A stretch of 64,000 nucleotides of DNA from Chrysomallon squamiferum (taxonomy: Eukaryota; Animalia; Mollusca), in assembly GCA_012295275.1 (NCBI GenBank), contig CM022665.1, positions 9,548,001 through 9,612,000 of the forward strand. Direction: 5' to 3'. The translations under genes and the position numbers were made by a program. The notes under the pieces are model-generated. The model saw only the letters and a program-made list of their open reading frames with translations, searched no databases and was not told where the DNA came from. Below are positions 1 to 12,478 of this stretch, one piece after another; the stretch's first letter is position 1; the number at the start of each line of letters is the position of its first letter.

Positions 1-690
1 AAGCAAAGGAGTGAGTTATAATAATATTTTTATTTTCAGATATAATATGAATCCATAGTAATGTGTGTGTGTGTGTGTATATATTTTAATAATATTAATT
101 ACTATATGTATGGTTATTATTTTTTCTCTCTCTCTACCTCAGTCTTTTCTTTTCTTTTTCTGCATATACTGTTATAAGATTTAATATAATTGTATCATTC
201 AGAGAGTTTATTATTTTTACAGTTGGACAAAATTATACATAGGCAAATATGTTCTATAAATGTAACATGTTTGTACATATCACTAATAAAGAATTATTCC
301 AAACTTTCAATAATTATGGAGCTTAAGAATTAATAGTTATTACACAAAATAGAAAGTATGAAAAGAAATTTTATTTATAATGTAAAAAAAAGAAATAAAT
401 AAATAAAATAAAATTATTAATTAAATACTGGTTATTCGGTAAATAAATTAGGTGATAACTGTAGACACAGTATTTGAATTAGTTTGATGCTATGGATTAA
501 TAATATTATTATATAATATTTTTATGCTTTTGAAAAAACTCAACAACCATCTAAACCCCCCCCCCAAAAAGGCAAAAAACACAAACAAAAACACTTCGAT
601 TATACAAATATATTGATACTGAATTTTACAAGGCACCATAGTTAAATGTCTTATTAGAAAATAATTGTATATAAATGTATTATTTTCTAG

Positions 691-861
691 CACTGTGGAC
701 CTTTTTAAACAGCTGTTGACTAGACTAGAAAATGATTATTGTGTGAAAGAAAGCAAAGATAATGTTGTCGAACAGGTATGTACATATTTATATATTTTTT
801 TATTGTTTTTGTTTAGAAATGTTGTGAGAAACATGTCTGCATGTTATTGTATGTATACACA

Positions 862-894
<33 letters not shown>

Positions 895-1544
895 TATTCA
901 GAACAGTTTATTCAGTAGTGAAGTAATAATGAATAATTGAAGTAATAGTAATAAGTAGTAAGCAGTTTAATAGTAGCAGTGATAGTAGCAGTAATAGTAG
1001 TAGTAGTTATGGTAACAGATATAAGTACTGTTAATAGTTGTAATAGTAGTAGTATTTATAGTAGCTGTAGTAGTAGTGGTGCTGGTGGTGATTAGTAGGA
1101 ACATTGTAACAGTTATAGAAGTGGTGGTGATGATGGTGGTGATTGTGGTGGTTGTGATGGACAAGGGCAAGCAATAGTAGGATGGTAGTAGTAGTTGTAG
1201 TAGCAATTGTAGTAGTAGTAGTAGTAATAGTAGTGACAACAGTGTTTATAGATGGATAGTAAAACTATTTCTTGTAGGATGAAAACAATTGATAGTATAA
1301 ACTGTATTATAATGTTTAATGTGTTTATATCAACAGGTGATGTGTTGTTTGTATCTGTCACACAAAGGTTTGTCAGAAGCAGAACTTAGAGCAATGTTTC
1401 ACATTCCATCCATTATTTGGTCACCTCTCTACTTTGCTATGTGCAACCTACTCACAGACAGCGGAGCATTAATGCAGTATGGTTCTTTTCTTTTCTTTTT
1501 TTTCTATTGTTATTGTTGTTTTTTGTACTTTACTGAAGGTTTGA

Positions 1545-1612
<68 letters not shown>

Positions 1613-2814
1613 ATAATAATAGCAGAAAGTTTTTTATAATTTATCTTTCAGGTTACAGTTTGATGAGATGAGACAAGCAATCGCTGAAAAATATCTCGCA
1701 TCAAAAAACGTCAGGTAATCTTATTACTGACATACTTATGAAATGCAAAATAATGTAATATTAAATGATGCAACAGAAATGGATGCAAGATTTCAGAATT
1801 CGTGGCATTGTTATTATTTTTGATGAAATCAGTTCAGTTAAATAGTTTAAAAACAACAACAGCAAAAAACATCCCAACAATAGTGCATCCTTTCTAGGAT
1901 TGTGTGTTATTTAATCTTAAAACAGCAAGTATTTATTATTATGTATTTGTTTCTTTGCTTATTTGTTTGTATCATTTGTTCAACTTTAAAATGTGGAGTA
2001 CTAACATTTGACATATTTTTTTTCAGAATGAAATATTTAAAGACTCTTGTGGATTTCTTTGAATCACAGACAAAGGTTATTATAAAAATATATTTTTTGT
2101 GCTTTAATTCTGAAAATTTAAAATAAATAAAAAATTGCGAACGATGTATTAATTAGAACAGGTAGAATTAAAACTGTTATAAAAATATACAACAAATGGA
2201 ATACCCACAGTAATAACAAACAATAATTATAGCCTAAAAATAATCAAAGTGCAAGCCATGTTTGTAAAAGAACATGTCATGAATTGTAGAGATAAAAAAA
2301 AAAAAAAAAAAAAAAAATCCTTACATAACCTTTATCCACACTCTCATTTTAAAAAAGTTATTAAAATCAAAAATGGAATCTCTATCCATACAGAAACTGA
2401 CAGCAACTATGAACATCTTAAACCCCAAATCGCAGAGACCAACAGAAGAACTTCCTTGGTTACTCCAGGCAATGGGAGACAAGAAAAGACTGATTGAATT
2501 GCTTACTAATCTACCGGTCTTTGGTCGATTCTTTCTGTGAGTAACAATGATAGAAAGAATGAATAAAAACAAAAGAAAGAAGTAGAAGAAACCTTTGAAT
2601 ATTCTATTAATTTGTTTTGCATTCTCAATATTTTGTTTTACTTTATTATTTGTTAATGTTACGTGTTACTATAAAGTAAAAAGATTATTAAGAAGTAACT
2701 GTAGATAACAATGCAGACAGTAAATCACAAACTTATCACAAATGGACAGTTAACAACATTTTATTATATTTGTAAAATACACATTCAAATCATGTTTTTT
2801 TTTAATTATTATTA

Positions 2815-2855
<41 letters not shown>

Positions 2856-3190
2856 TTAACGATAGTGTCAAAGGCATGTTATGTAATCGTCTGTAAATGT
2901 GCATTTATTTATTTATTTATTTATTTATATGCATATTTAACTATATGCATATATGAATTTTTGTAATGTAATAATTTTTATTTTAATTAGAGAATCAGAA
3001 TATGAACTTTTGGAACTGTGGAAGTGGACGGGAATTCATGGAGACCAAATAGCTGATCTGTACATAGAGGAACTAGAAAAACAGATTCCTGTTATTGATT
3101 TGAAAGATGTTCCTGATGAAGACAAGTCTAAATTTGATAACATCAAGCGAGGAGCTATTCTTTTAGTAAGCAAGTGAACAAAAATGAGAG

Positions 3191-3283
<93 letters not shown>

Positions 3284-6200
3284 CTTTTATTTAAATATTT
3301 GTTCTTCATTCCATCTACTTAGATTTTTTACTTTATCTGAAATATGTCTGTTTCTGTGACAACATTGTAATTTGCTGATTTTCCCTTTCTTCAATGTATT
3401 CTGATTGTTCTTGTTTCATTTTTTGTTTGTTTGTTTACTGACAGTATTTTACATTCATCTCGTAATTCTTCATGTACTTTATGTACTGACTGTATTTGAC
3501 GTGTTTCTCGTTATTCCTCATCTACTTTTACTGACCGTATTTTATACTTATCTTTTTACTTTGTCTACTTTATTTACTAACAATATCTAACATGCATGTC
3601 ATTGTTCGTCGTTTCCTTTGTTTACTGACAGCATTTAGCATATATCTCATTTTTCTCTCTCCATTCCATGGAGATTTCTACATTGTTTTTTGAATTTCAT
3701 AATTATGTGAGGCAAAACTACATTGAAAAAACAACACATTTTTTATTATTATTTTGTAGAAATTAATGTATCTTGATGCTCTGACATACTTGATGGAGCT
3801 TGGACAGTTTCAGCGTTCAAAGGAAAAAATTCTGGAAGAAAGATTAAAAATCCTGGTTAGTATAATTCAATTTTGAGGCATCATGTTTATCTTTATTGTT
3901 ATTGTTTTTGTTTGCTTTGTAGTTTTATTTTTTTTTTTGGTTGTTTTTTCTTTCCCCTCCCCCAACAGATACACTATACATAGCTTTAATTATGTAACAA
4001 ATAATACTGGGAATATATTAGATAAAAATGTGCTTAAAATTAATATTTTCAATCCTTTTCATCAGTCACTGGTTTCAAGTCATCTTGTAAAACTGTTCAC
4101 ATCATTAAAATTATATTCAGCCGTCTTCATTGGTCAATATTTTGTCAAGAAACTTTTCATAGACTATTCAGGAATTACAAATGTTAATTATTTATTGTCC
4201 ATCTCTCACAGTTGTCATGAAATGTTTAATGTCTGCTGACAGGAAAATTTTGCAAGTACCACAGATGAATCAAAATATGAAAGACTTCTTAGTCAGGTTC
4301 ATCTGAAACTGGCATCTCTCTACACAGACACACACAGATACAAAGAAGCTGAACCTTTACATAAACAAGTTCTGCAGTTCAGGGAAAAGTATGTACGAGT
4401 TGTTACTTAACATATGTAATAGAGCGTTCAGAATTAGCCTTGTACATTGCTTGTTCAGACTGGTAGACAACTACCTACTGTTGATATTATTATTATTATT
4501 ATTATTGGTTATGGTGTTATTGTTGGTGGTGGTGGTGGTTGTATTATTTTTAAATAGTTGGAAATAGTGAAAGGAAAAAGGTGATCAATTTAAATATACA
4601 GAGAAATTGGAGAGAGAGAGAGAGATGGATGCATATACATGACAAAACACACTGGAATTACAAATCTGTCTTTGTTTCATAAAGATAGAGACAAACACAT
4701 AGACAGACAGACAGACACATACCTAATTACTGCAAGAGTATGAGAAAGAGAAAAATAATAAGACAGCATGAGTGAGAGAGATAAAAGTGCATCAACCATT
4801 GTACTAAATTATTATTCAAATTATTGTAATACATTTTAAATATGTCTAGATAATCCTTGTCAAACATTTTGAAATAATAGTGTGTTTTCACAGGGCAGCA
4901 TCTGACAAGAAAAATCTTACGGATACAATTCTGAAGGACTTGGGTTATTCCTACCATGCATTTGGAATGTTTTATTTCAAGACAGATCAAACAGATAAAG
5001 TAAGATTAATTAATTTTAATTTCCTGATTCAGTATATATATATTTTTTTTCATTTTGAGGAATAATAATGATACTCTGTCTCATGTTATTAGTGAAATGG
5101 AATTAATTTAATATAGTAACTGTATATATTTTAAGTTAATGTATGTCTTCATCATTATCACTACCTATATGAGCTATGTGCGTGGATTTAATTGTTTTAA
5201 AAATGTTTTTCAGGCTATTGAGTTATTTACAAAATCTGTTGATATACAGCAAAAGATAGGCAACAGCATTGAAGTGGCTGACAGTCTACACAATATGGGA
5301 GTGCTACTAATAAAAAAGGGAGAGTACTCCAAGGCTCTTCAGTTGTGTTTGAAGTCTTTAAAGGTTGGTTTCATAAATAAAAGAAAGTTAATATTATTTC
5401 TGAACATTTATATACTTTTTATATTCATTTATTTTAGTTTTTGCGGTTTTATTATTATTATTATTATTAATATTTTTTTTTTTTTTTTTATATTATTATT
5501 TAGTTTTTTCTTTATTTATTATTCTTATTATTTTTAAGTATATAATTTTATTTTATTATTATTTAGTTTTTTTTTATTTATTTATTATTATTATTAATTG
5601 TTTTTAATTTATTTTGTACTGGATACATATTCCTAGAGATATGATTCAAACAAAGACAAACAATTAAATGTTCTCAGCAGTTTAATGTTGCTGTTTTTAG
5701 TAAATATCACTGTATTTAGCGTTCTTCACCTTCTTACTCTTGTTATTTTTATTGCTAGGTACGTGATAGTATATAAAAGTAGTAAATTATAATTATAAAA
5801 GATAATATTTTGCTTTAGGAAAAATTACCAGTAGGAAAAGATTATTTTATTTTAACAAAAAAGATATTAAAATAAACATGAAAATAATAATTCATCTACT
5901 AGCATTTAAAATATGTCTATTTCATTTTGTGGATTAAATTATAATACTTCTATTATAACAGCATTAAAATTTAATAATATGGGCTGAAGATCTCTTATCC
6001 ATAATTTTCAAAACCAATAAACTCTGAAATCCAGAACTTACTCCAAGCAGCAGAAATCTTACAGTTTTAGGACTGTTTTGCATACACATTTTATTACAAT
6101 GCCCAAAATTATTAAAAATATTATGTAAAAAAATTCTGCATACTATTTGTATAAGCTGTATATGAAAAATAAATGGAATTCATATTCAGACTTAGATTCT

Positions 6201-9200
6201 ATTCTCATGCTATCTCCTTACATTCCAAAATCCGAAACACTTCCAATCCCAAGCATTTTGGATAAAGGATTCTCAACCTGTAATAACAACATAAAATATG
6301 TGTGAACAATAAACTAATTTTAAGCATTTAATTTTATTATTTACTTTACCTTCTAGATCTATGAACAGCAATATTTTGGACATCTAACTCCATGCATTGG
6401 AGTCGTGGTGGGCAATATCGCAATCTGTCAGCGAAATCTGGGAAATGTTGAAGAAGCAGAGAAGATGTACAAAAAGTAAGAATAAAAAGGACATTGTTAA
6501 AACATTTCATAACACACTGGATTTTATTTAGTTCATCTAATTTTTTTATTTAACATGCTGGATGTTTTGGGAGTGTGTTTTTTTTATGTACAATTTAACT
6601 ATTCATGGATATAATTGATAGGAATTATTATTATTTTATTTGTTTATTTTGTTATTATTTCCCCCCACCCAGATTAGCTAAAGACTTAAATAAACAGAAA
6701 ATAATTTGTAAATAACAACAACAAAAACCAGGAAATTAATACACTCTGTGACAATTCTGACTTCATTTGGTTCAGTTTAATGTTTTGTTATGTAGATTTT
6801 TTCCATTTATAATTTAAGTATTCATGGAACTTTTGAAAGGAACATGATTTTTAAAAATTTTATTTATATACACTGAACATTTGAAATAAATAAATAAATA
6901 AATAAATAAATAAATTAATTAATTAATTAAATTTAAAAAAAATAATAATAATAATTAAACACACACAAATAAATTAATTAATTAAAATAAAATAAAACAA
7001 CAACAAAAATAATAATAATAAAAACACACAAATAAATAAATACAAAATTAAAAAAGAATAATTAAATTACCCTTTATTTTATTTTGGAATTATATTAAAA
7101 ATATTAAAATTTTTAAATTTTAAAAATTTGTTTCCTTATTTTATTTTATTTTATTTTAAGAGCACTTGATATAAATGAAAAGGCCTTTGGCCGAAATCAT
7201 CCCAATGTAGCTGCAGTGCTGAAAAATCTTGCTACCATGGAAACCAACAAAGAGAATTATAAAAAAGCAGAAGAGTATTACAGAGAAGCATTAGACATAA
7301 TGAAGGCAAATATAAAATACTAACCATGACCTATTTTTTATTTATTTTTTATTTTTTGGAACTTTTTTATTTAAATACATGTTTTATTATATGTAAAGAT
7401 ATATATGCTATATAAAACATATTTTATTGTATGTGTGTGTACTTAGAAATAGACTTTATTTATTTATTTATCTGTTTTTGTTTATTTTTTGTTGTTGTTG
7501 TCTAGGTAAATGAAAGATATATAAAAATGTATGCATTAACAGAGTTAATTTTACATGGCTATTCTTTGGGGTGTCCAGGCTTTTAGAAAATAGAGCACCA
7601 TTAATACTATTACAAATTTCAGGATAAATAAATAATAAAGAATAAATACAACATTAAAAACAAAGGAAAGGGAAACAAGTGGATCTACTTATGCATTTGT
7701 TTCTCTTCCTGCATATACAGATGAAATTCAATGCAATTTACCACCTTTAGTTAAAATTAAAAAACACAATATCAGTGTATATTTAAAAAAAAATAATAAT
7801 AATAATAATAATTAAAAAATATAATAATAAAAATGTAATAATAATAAAAGTAACAGTAACAACAACAACAACAATAATAATTAGGTTTTTCTTCTAACTT
7901 ATAGAAAAACGAAGCTGCCAGTGTTATCTCTGATTGCTACTGTATTTCAGTGATCATTATTATTAAAGTTATTTCATCTTTGTTTAAACAGAAGTGTGAA
8001 ACTGTCCAAGACAACTGTGAAGTCTTCTGGATAAAGGAGAGACTCGTTTACACTCTTTTGAAACAGAATCAAATTAAAGATGCGATAACATTATTCACAG
8101 AACTATGTAGGTATACTTTTTATACATCCACATCCAAGGAAAAAATAGCAAAACCATCTGCTCTTAATTATAATTTTTATTTTTTTTTATTCAACTAAAA
8201 CAAGCATTAAACCTCAGTTTGTAATATTTAAATGATCTGTAACTTTATATTTTTTATTAAAATGTCTAACAGATTTCACAGCACAATACATACAACTTAG
8301 TTTAATTATTTACAAGTTTTTTTTATTATTAATGAACAAGGTTTTATATAGCTTACTGTGTATATATTTATTTGTACATTATGTACAAAATGTATCTACC
8401 ATATGTATTTTTTCTTCTAGTATATGTGTGTTATGAGCATGTATATGAATGTATGTTTGGATATATGTATGTATGTATGTATGTATATGTGTATGGTTGT
8501 GTGTACATACATATACAGGGATGGATGGATGGATGGATGTGTGTATGTATGTACATATGAATCGTTGTATGTATGTCTGTATGGTTGCACGTATGTATGT
8601 ATGCACATATTGTATATATAATTTATTTTTCTTCAGATGAAAATGTTTCCAGAACCAGATGCATGGACAAATGCTGGCCTGTTGTGTATGTGCACATGGT
8701 CAGTGCATTAATTGAGTCTAAAAAGTATGATCTTGCAACGAAGGTAACTGTGGACATGATAAAAAATGCAGCAAGGCAAGACATGAACTTTATACATCTT
8801 GATACTCTTGACTCCTTGCAACCATCCACAAAAAGAGAAAAAAGACCAAAGGAATTTTCTCTTGACCATGCACTAACAATGTAAGTTAACAAAGAATTAC
8901 ATACAAACAGAATTCTGAAACAACATGGTACACTATTGGAGAAGTAATTAAATTAATTCTATGGAATAGTACATGGTACAGTAGCAGAGAAGTCGATGGA
9001 TTAATTCCATGGAATATTAGATGGTACAGTACTGGAAAAGTAACTGGATTAATTAATTATGTGCAATAGTACTTGGCTTAGATCTGCAGAAGTAATTGGA
9101 TTCATTCAATTTTACTTTTTTTATAATCTGTGATTATGATGATTAAAATAGTGGTAGTTATTACACTGAATATTACGATGATGATGACAATGATGGTGGT

Positions 9201-9702
9201 TATGATATTAGTATTATGATGAAGCTAACAGTGGTGGTTGCAGTTTTGATACTGGTGATTACAATGATGATGTTGATGACTGCAATACTATTATTTCTAA
9301 TTTTGTTTTGATTTTATTACAGATGGCCATGTAGTATTAACCTAGTAAAATACAAAGTAGAAAGACACTTGATTCCTGAAGAAGACAGCAAGGGATTACT
9401 GACATTTCTAGACAAGACTGATGAACAGTGTGGACTGAAGCAAGCTCTGTATGACAATGCAATAGCATGGTGTGAAAAGCAAAACAAAACAAAGCTTGTG
9501 TTAGACATTGCAAAACATTCTGCCAACAAGTTCCCTTTGGAAGAGGTATTCAAGAATATTTACCACAATACATTGGACTTCTGAAATCCTTATGTATCTG
9601 TTTTGGATCTCACTAAATATATATAACAACTATCTATCTATCTATCTATCTATTTACTCTCTTTTTTTCATGAAGACTATGTCATATGTACGTTCTCTCA
9701 AT

Positions 9703-9739
<37 letters not shown>

Positions 9740-11105
9740 ATTAAAACAAAGTGTACATATGACATATTCTACCTATAAAAGTAAAATAAGAAAATAGAGG
9801 ACAAAATACAATTGGAAATGACAAAGAAACTGCAGTGCAGCAGTGTTTGTGTAATAAGTGTCACTGTTCATTAATGAATGCAGCTATCTGTAACAGTACA
9901 GCTGGCAGACATGTTGGGACACAGTGTAACTTGGTGAACTTGGCTGCAGAGTGCACTAATTTTCATCTTGTTCACCGCAAATATATAATCTTTTAACAAT
10001 TAGAAGGATGGGCATACAAGGATAAACTTATTTCAACATTTCTTTTGTTAAAATATTAAAACATATGAACAATATAAAGTTTATTTTTAATCCAAAATGT
10101 ACACAAATTTACTTGTCCAAATATTGTGGAAGATAGAAACATAATCAGGTAAATTATTTCTAATAATAATGATTATAATGGTTGTTTTTTGTTGTTGTTG
10201 TGGTTATTATTATTATTATTATTATTATTTATCACTGCAGAAATATGCTATAAAAGCATGTGAGCTTTTGCGTGAAAGGGAAAATTACTTGGAAGCAGTA
10301 CCATTCGCTCAACAGCTGATGAAAATTTGTTCTGACAGACTGGATATTGTTTTGTATGTCAGTCAAATAACAACAAGAGCTGGAGAATATGACACTGCAC
10401 AGACGTGCTTTGAGCTAATCCTTAACAAATTTAAGAAAGACCAAAATGCTGTTAAACAGGTAAATTGTTTTTATTATCTCTTTATCAACATGGAAATGTC
10501 TCATATGTATTTTAACACTTAAATAATAACTAATATTATTGTTTTTAAAGAATTTGTTTATTTATTATAAGATTTCTTTTCAATTAATGAAAAATAATGT
10601 GAAGGCTTTTGTAAACATAAATCTGAAAAACAAAATGATTTTAAAAACATGCATATTACTTTATTTTTTATTTTATTCTTTTTTAAATGTTTCTTGGGTT
10701 GTTTTTTTTTTTTGTTTTTTTAGTGGGGGAGTGGGAGCAGAGTGTGTTTTTTTAACAGATATAATTTTAAAATTATTTAAATATTTTAGATTAAGGAGAG
10801 GAGACAGATTTTGAAAGAAAATTAACCTCTGAAATATTAAACCAATTTTTTTAGCAGGCAATAGAACAAATGTATTTAAATTCATACAAGCAGTACTCTT
10901 TTATAATTCTTTTTCAATGCCTAATACTGCTGCCAACAACATTTTATATCTCAACACATATGTAACAGAGACTCACATATACTAAGATGCACACACTATA
11001 ATAAATAAACACTAATTATTTTTATTGCAGGCTGAAGCAGGACTGAAACTACTGGAGTCACTAAAGAAAACTGGTGAAAAAAGAAAAACAAAAGTTCATA
11101 ATTAA
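691..11105 (+). CDS. NPHP3/TTC41-like tetratricopeptide-repeat protein, 5'-truncated by the window edge (17 exons visible)
   Basis: In-frame exons: 691-775, 1337-1476, 1652-1714, 2027-2075, 2394-2536, 2991-3165, 3760-3855, 4243-4388, 4894-4999, 5214-5363, 6357-6475, 7161-7305 (GC donor), 7992-8106, 8637-8880, 9323-9545, 10241-10459, 11031-11105 (TAA). Motifs 'KGLSEAEL...WSPLYF' and 'EELPWLL' resemble the post-NACHT region of NPHP3/TEP1-like proteins. Kinesin-light-chain-type TPRs follow ('VADSLHNMGVLLIKKGEYSKALQL', 'FGRNHPNVAAVLKNLA', 'EEAEKMYKKALDI'). Confidence 0.85.
945..1235. repeat. Degenerate (TAG/TGG)n trinucleotide tract in an intron
   Basis: Runs of agt/gta/gtg; the source of spurious poly-T/Y/L ORFs on the minus strand. 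Confidence 0.8.
1547..1611. repeat. (TC)n microsatellite
   Basis: Perfect tc run. Confidence 0.95.
3186..3280. repeat. (GA)n microsatellite
   Basis: Long ga run directly after an exon donor. Confidence 0.95.
3290..3660. repeat. Diverged intronic minisatellite, ~45-55-bp unit
   Basis: Recurring 'tttactgacagtatttt...tctcgt.attc.tcat.tacttt' at about 3434, 3484, 3527, 3573 and 3621. Confidence 0.65.
5981..6280. mobile_element. Non-autonomous Tc1/pogo (Tigger4/MER46-like) DNA transposon remnant
   Basis: Right end 'ccgaaacacttccaatcccaagcattttggataaaggattctcaacctg' is followed by TA. It matches the Tigger4-type TIR (CAGGTTGAG.ATCC.TTATCCAAAATGCTTGGGA) as I recall it. The left TIR is degraded ('tctcttatcc...'). 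Confidence 0.7.
8370..8612. repeat. (TATG)n/(GATG)n compound microsatellite
   Basis: tatg/gtat/ggat runs; explains several overlapping spurious ORFs. Confidence 0.85.
8923..9107. repeat. Intronic minisatellite, ~48-bp unit x ~4
   Basis: 'acatggtaca.tan.ggagaagtaa.tggattaatt..atggaatagt' repeated in tandem. Confidence 0.85.
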
Positions 11106-11269
11106 TTTGCTGTTAAAGATCACAAATTATTGACAGATATATATAAATCATATACATATACATAAAAATTAAAAAAAGGTCTGAAAATATAATGTTAAAA
11201 GATGCAAAGTTATGTTTGTACCTTTTATTTATAAGCTGTCAGGTGAGAATTATGTATATGTAATATAGT

Positions 11270-11430
11270 AAAACCATTATGGAGGAAAATCTGTTTCTGC
11301 ATAAGCTACCCTCTTCAGTTAGCAGAAAGGGATACTTTACATACATCTCCACATAAACCTTTTATATACCAGTCACAGAGCTATGGCAAGAATGGGAAAT
11401 ATCCAATATTTGGAAGGAATGATTCTGCCA
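11270..11430. mobile_element. Degraded SINE-like dispersed repeat
   Basis: Shares 'ggaaa...ctac...ttagca..agggata..ttacataca' with 36140-36240 and more weakly with 43030-43060. Confidence 0.5.
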
Positions 11431-12478
11431 GAGTACTTCAGCAAGTTTTATAAATTCAAAAAGTGTGCTTAGTATTATACGTTTATTTTTGTTTAATTGA
11501 AACTTATTATTTTATGACTGTTCTATGCAAGTTTTATACTATCTTCATTTATTTATCAGAAAATTAAAATGAAAAGCCAAATGTGGATTTGAAATAGCTG
11601 AATGAAATTCAGTGTAAATAAAAATAATGTTTATGTATATATATATATTACAATTTATTATTAAAACAGGTGAGACATAAACATTTCTGTTTCTATTATT
11701 ACGTAAAGTTCATTTTGTTTGTTAATTTTGCAAACTTTTCCTGCAATTCTATGTTAGATCCAAATGCTTTTATTACTGTCCTGTTCAGTTATTTAAAGCC
11801 TATAATTATAATAATTGTAGAGTTTCACTGGGTTTTTTTTTGTTTTTGTCTTGATTTTGTTAGATTTTCTAGCTAATGTTAGATTTAATTTCCTTTCAGT
11901 TTTTGGTTTTCATTAAATACTTAAAAAACAACATATAAATGCCTGTTGACCATTTGGATTTATTTTCATGAGTTTGTGAATAAAAGCAGTTTTGTTAGGA
12001 ATTGAATCAGATAATAATATTAACCAAAAATACTTTTTTTTAAATAACTTGAACAGGATAAAAGTATCATTTTTAATTTAAAATAAGGTTGTTTTAACTA
12101 GGAGAAGTTTACATTAAGAGTCATACTGCTAATAATGAAAAAAGAAAAATGGAAGGAAGAATAGAAAGAGAATGAAAGAAAAGAAGATCTGTTATAGCTA
12201 CGTCAGTATGTATCTCATGTTGGTAATAAAATGGTAATGCTAAATTTATACCAAAAAATTATCAACTGTTTACAGAAATGTTATGCTGGCTAATCTTATA
12301 GTATACAGTTTTGGAAAAAGATTTAAAATTTTGTTTTTAACATAAATTCAATTTCTATATTTGTTTTTGTTAAAGATCATTACTGCATTTTATTTCAATT
12401 TATTGTTCATAAATAATAATGTTCAATTTGAAAACAAAACAGTATTTAATAAAGAAATAAATACATTTCATGAACATT

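Noticed and set aside
967-1361. Minus-strand ORFs rich in T/Y/L runs
   Set aside because: Translations of a (TAG)n-type intronic microsatellite.
3174-3359. ORF with ERERER repeat
   Set aside because: (GA)n microsatellite directly after a splice donor.
8372-8640. Five overlapping MYVC/HTYI ORFs
   Set aside because: (TATG)n microsatellite.
2321-9553. Minus-strand ORFs at 2321, 4727, 8623 and 9317
   Set aside because: Antisense shadows of TPR-gene exons with no independent splice structure.
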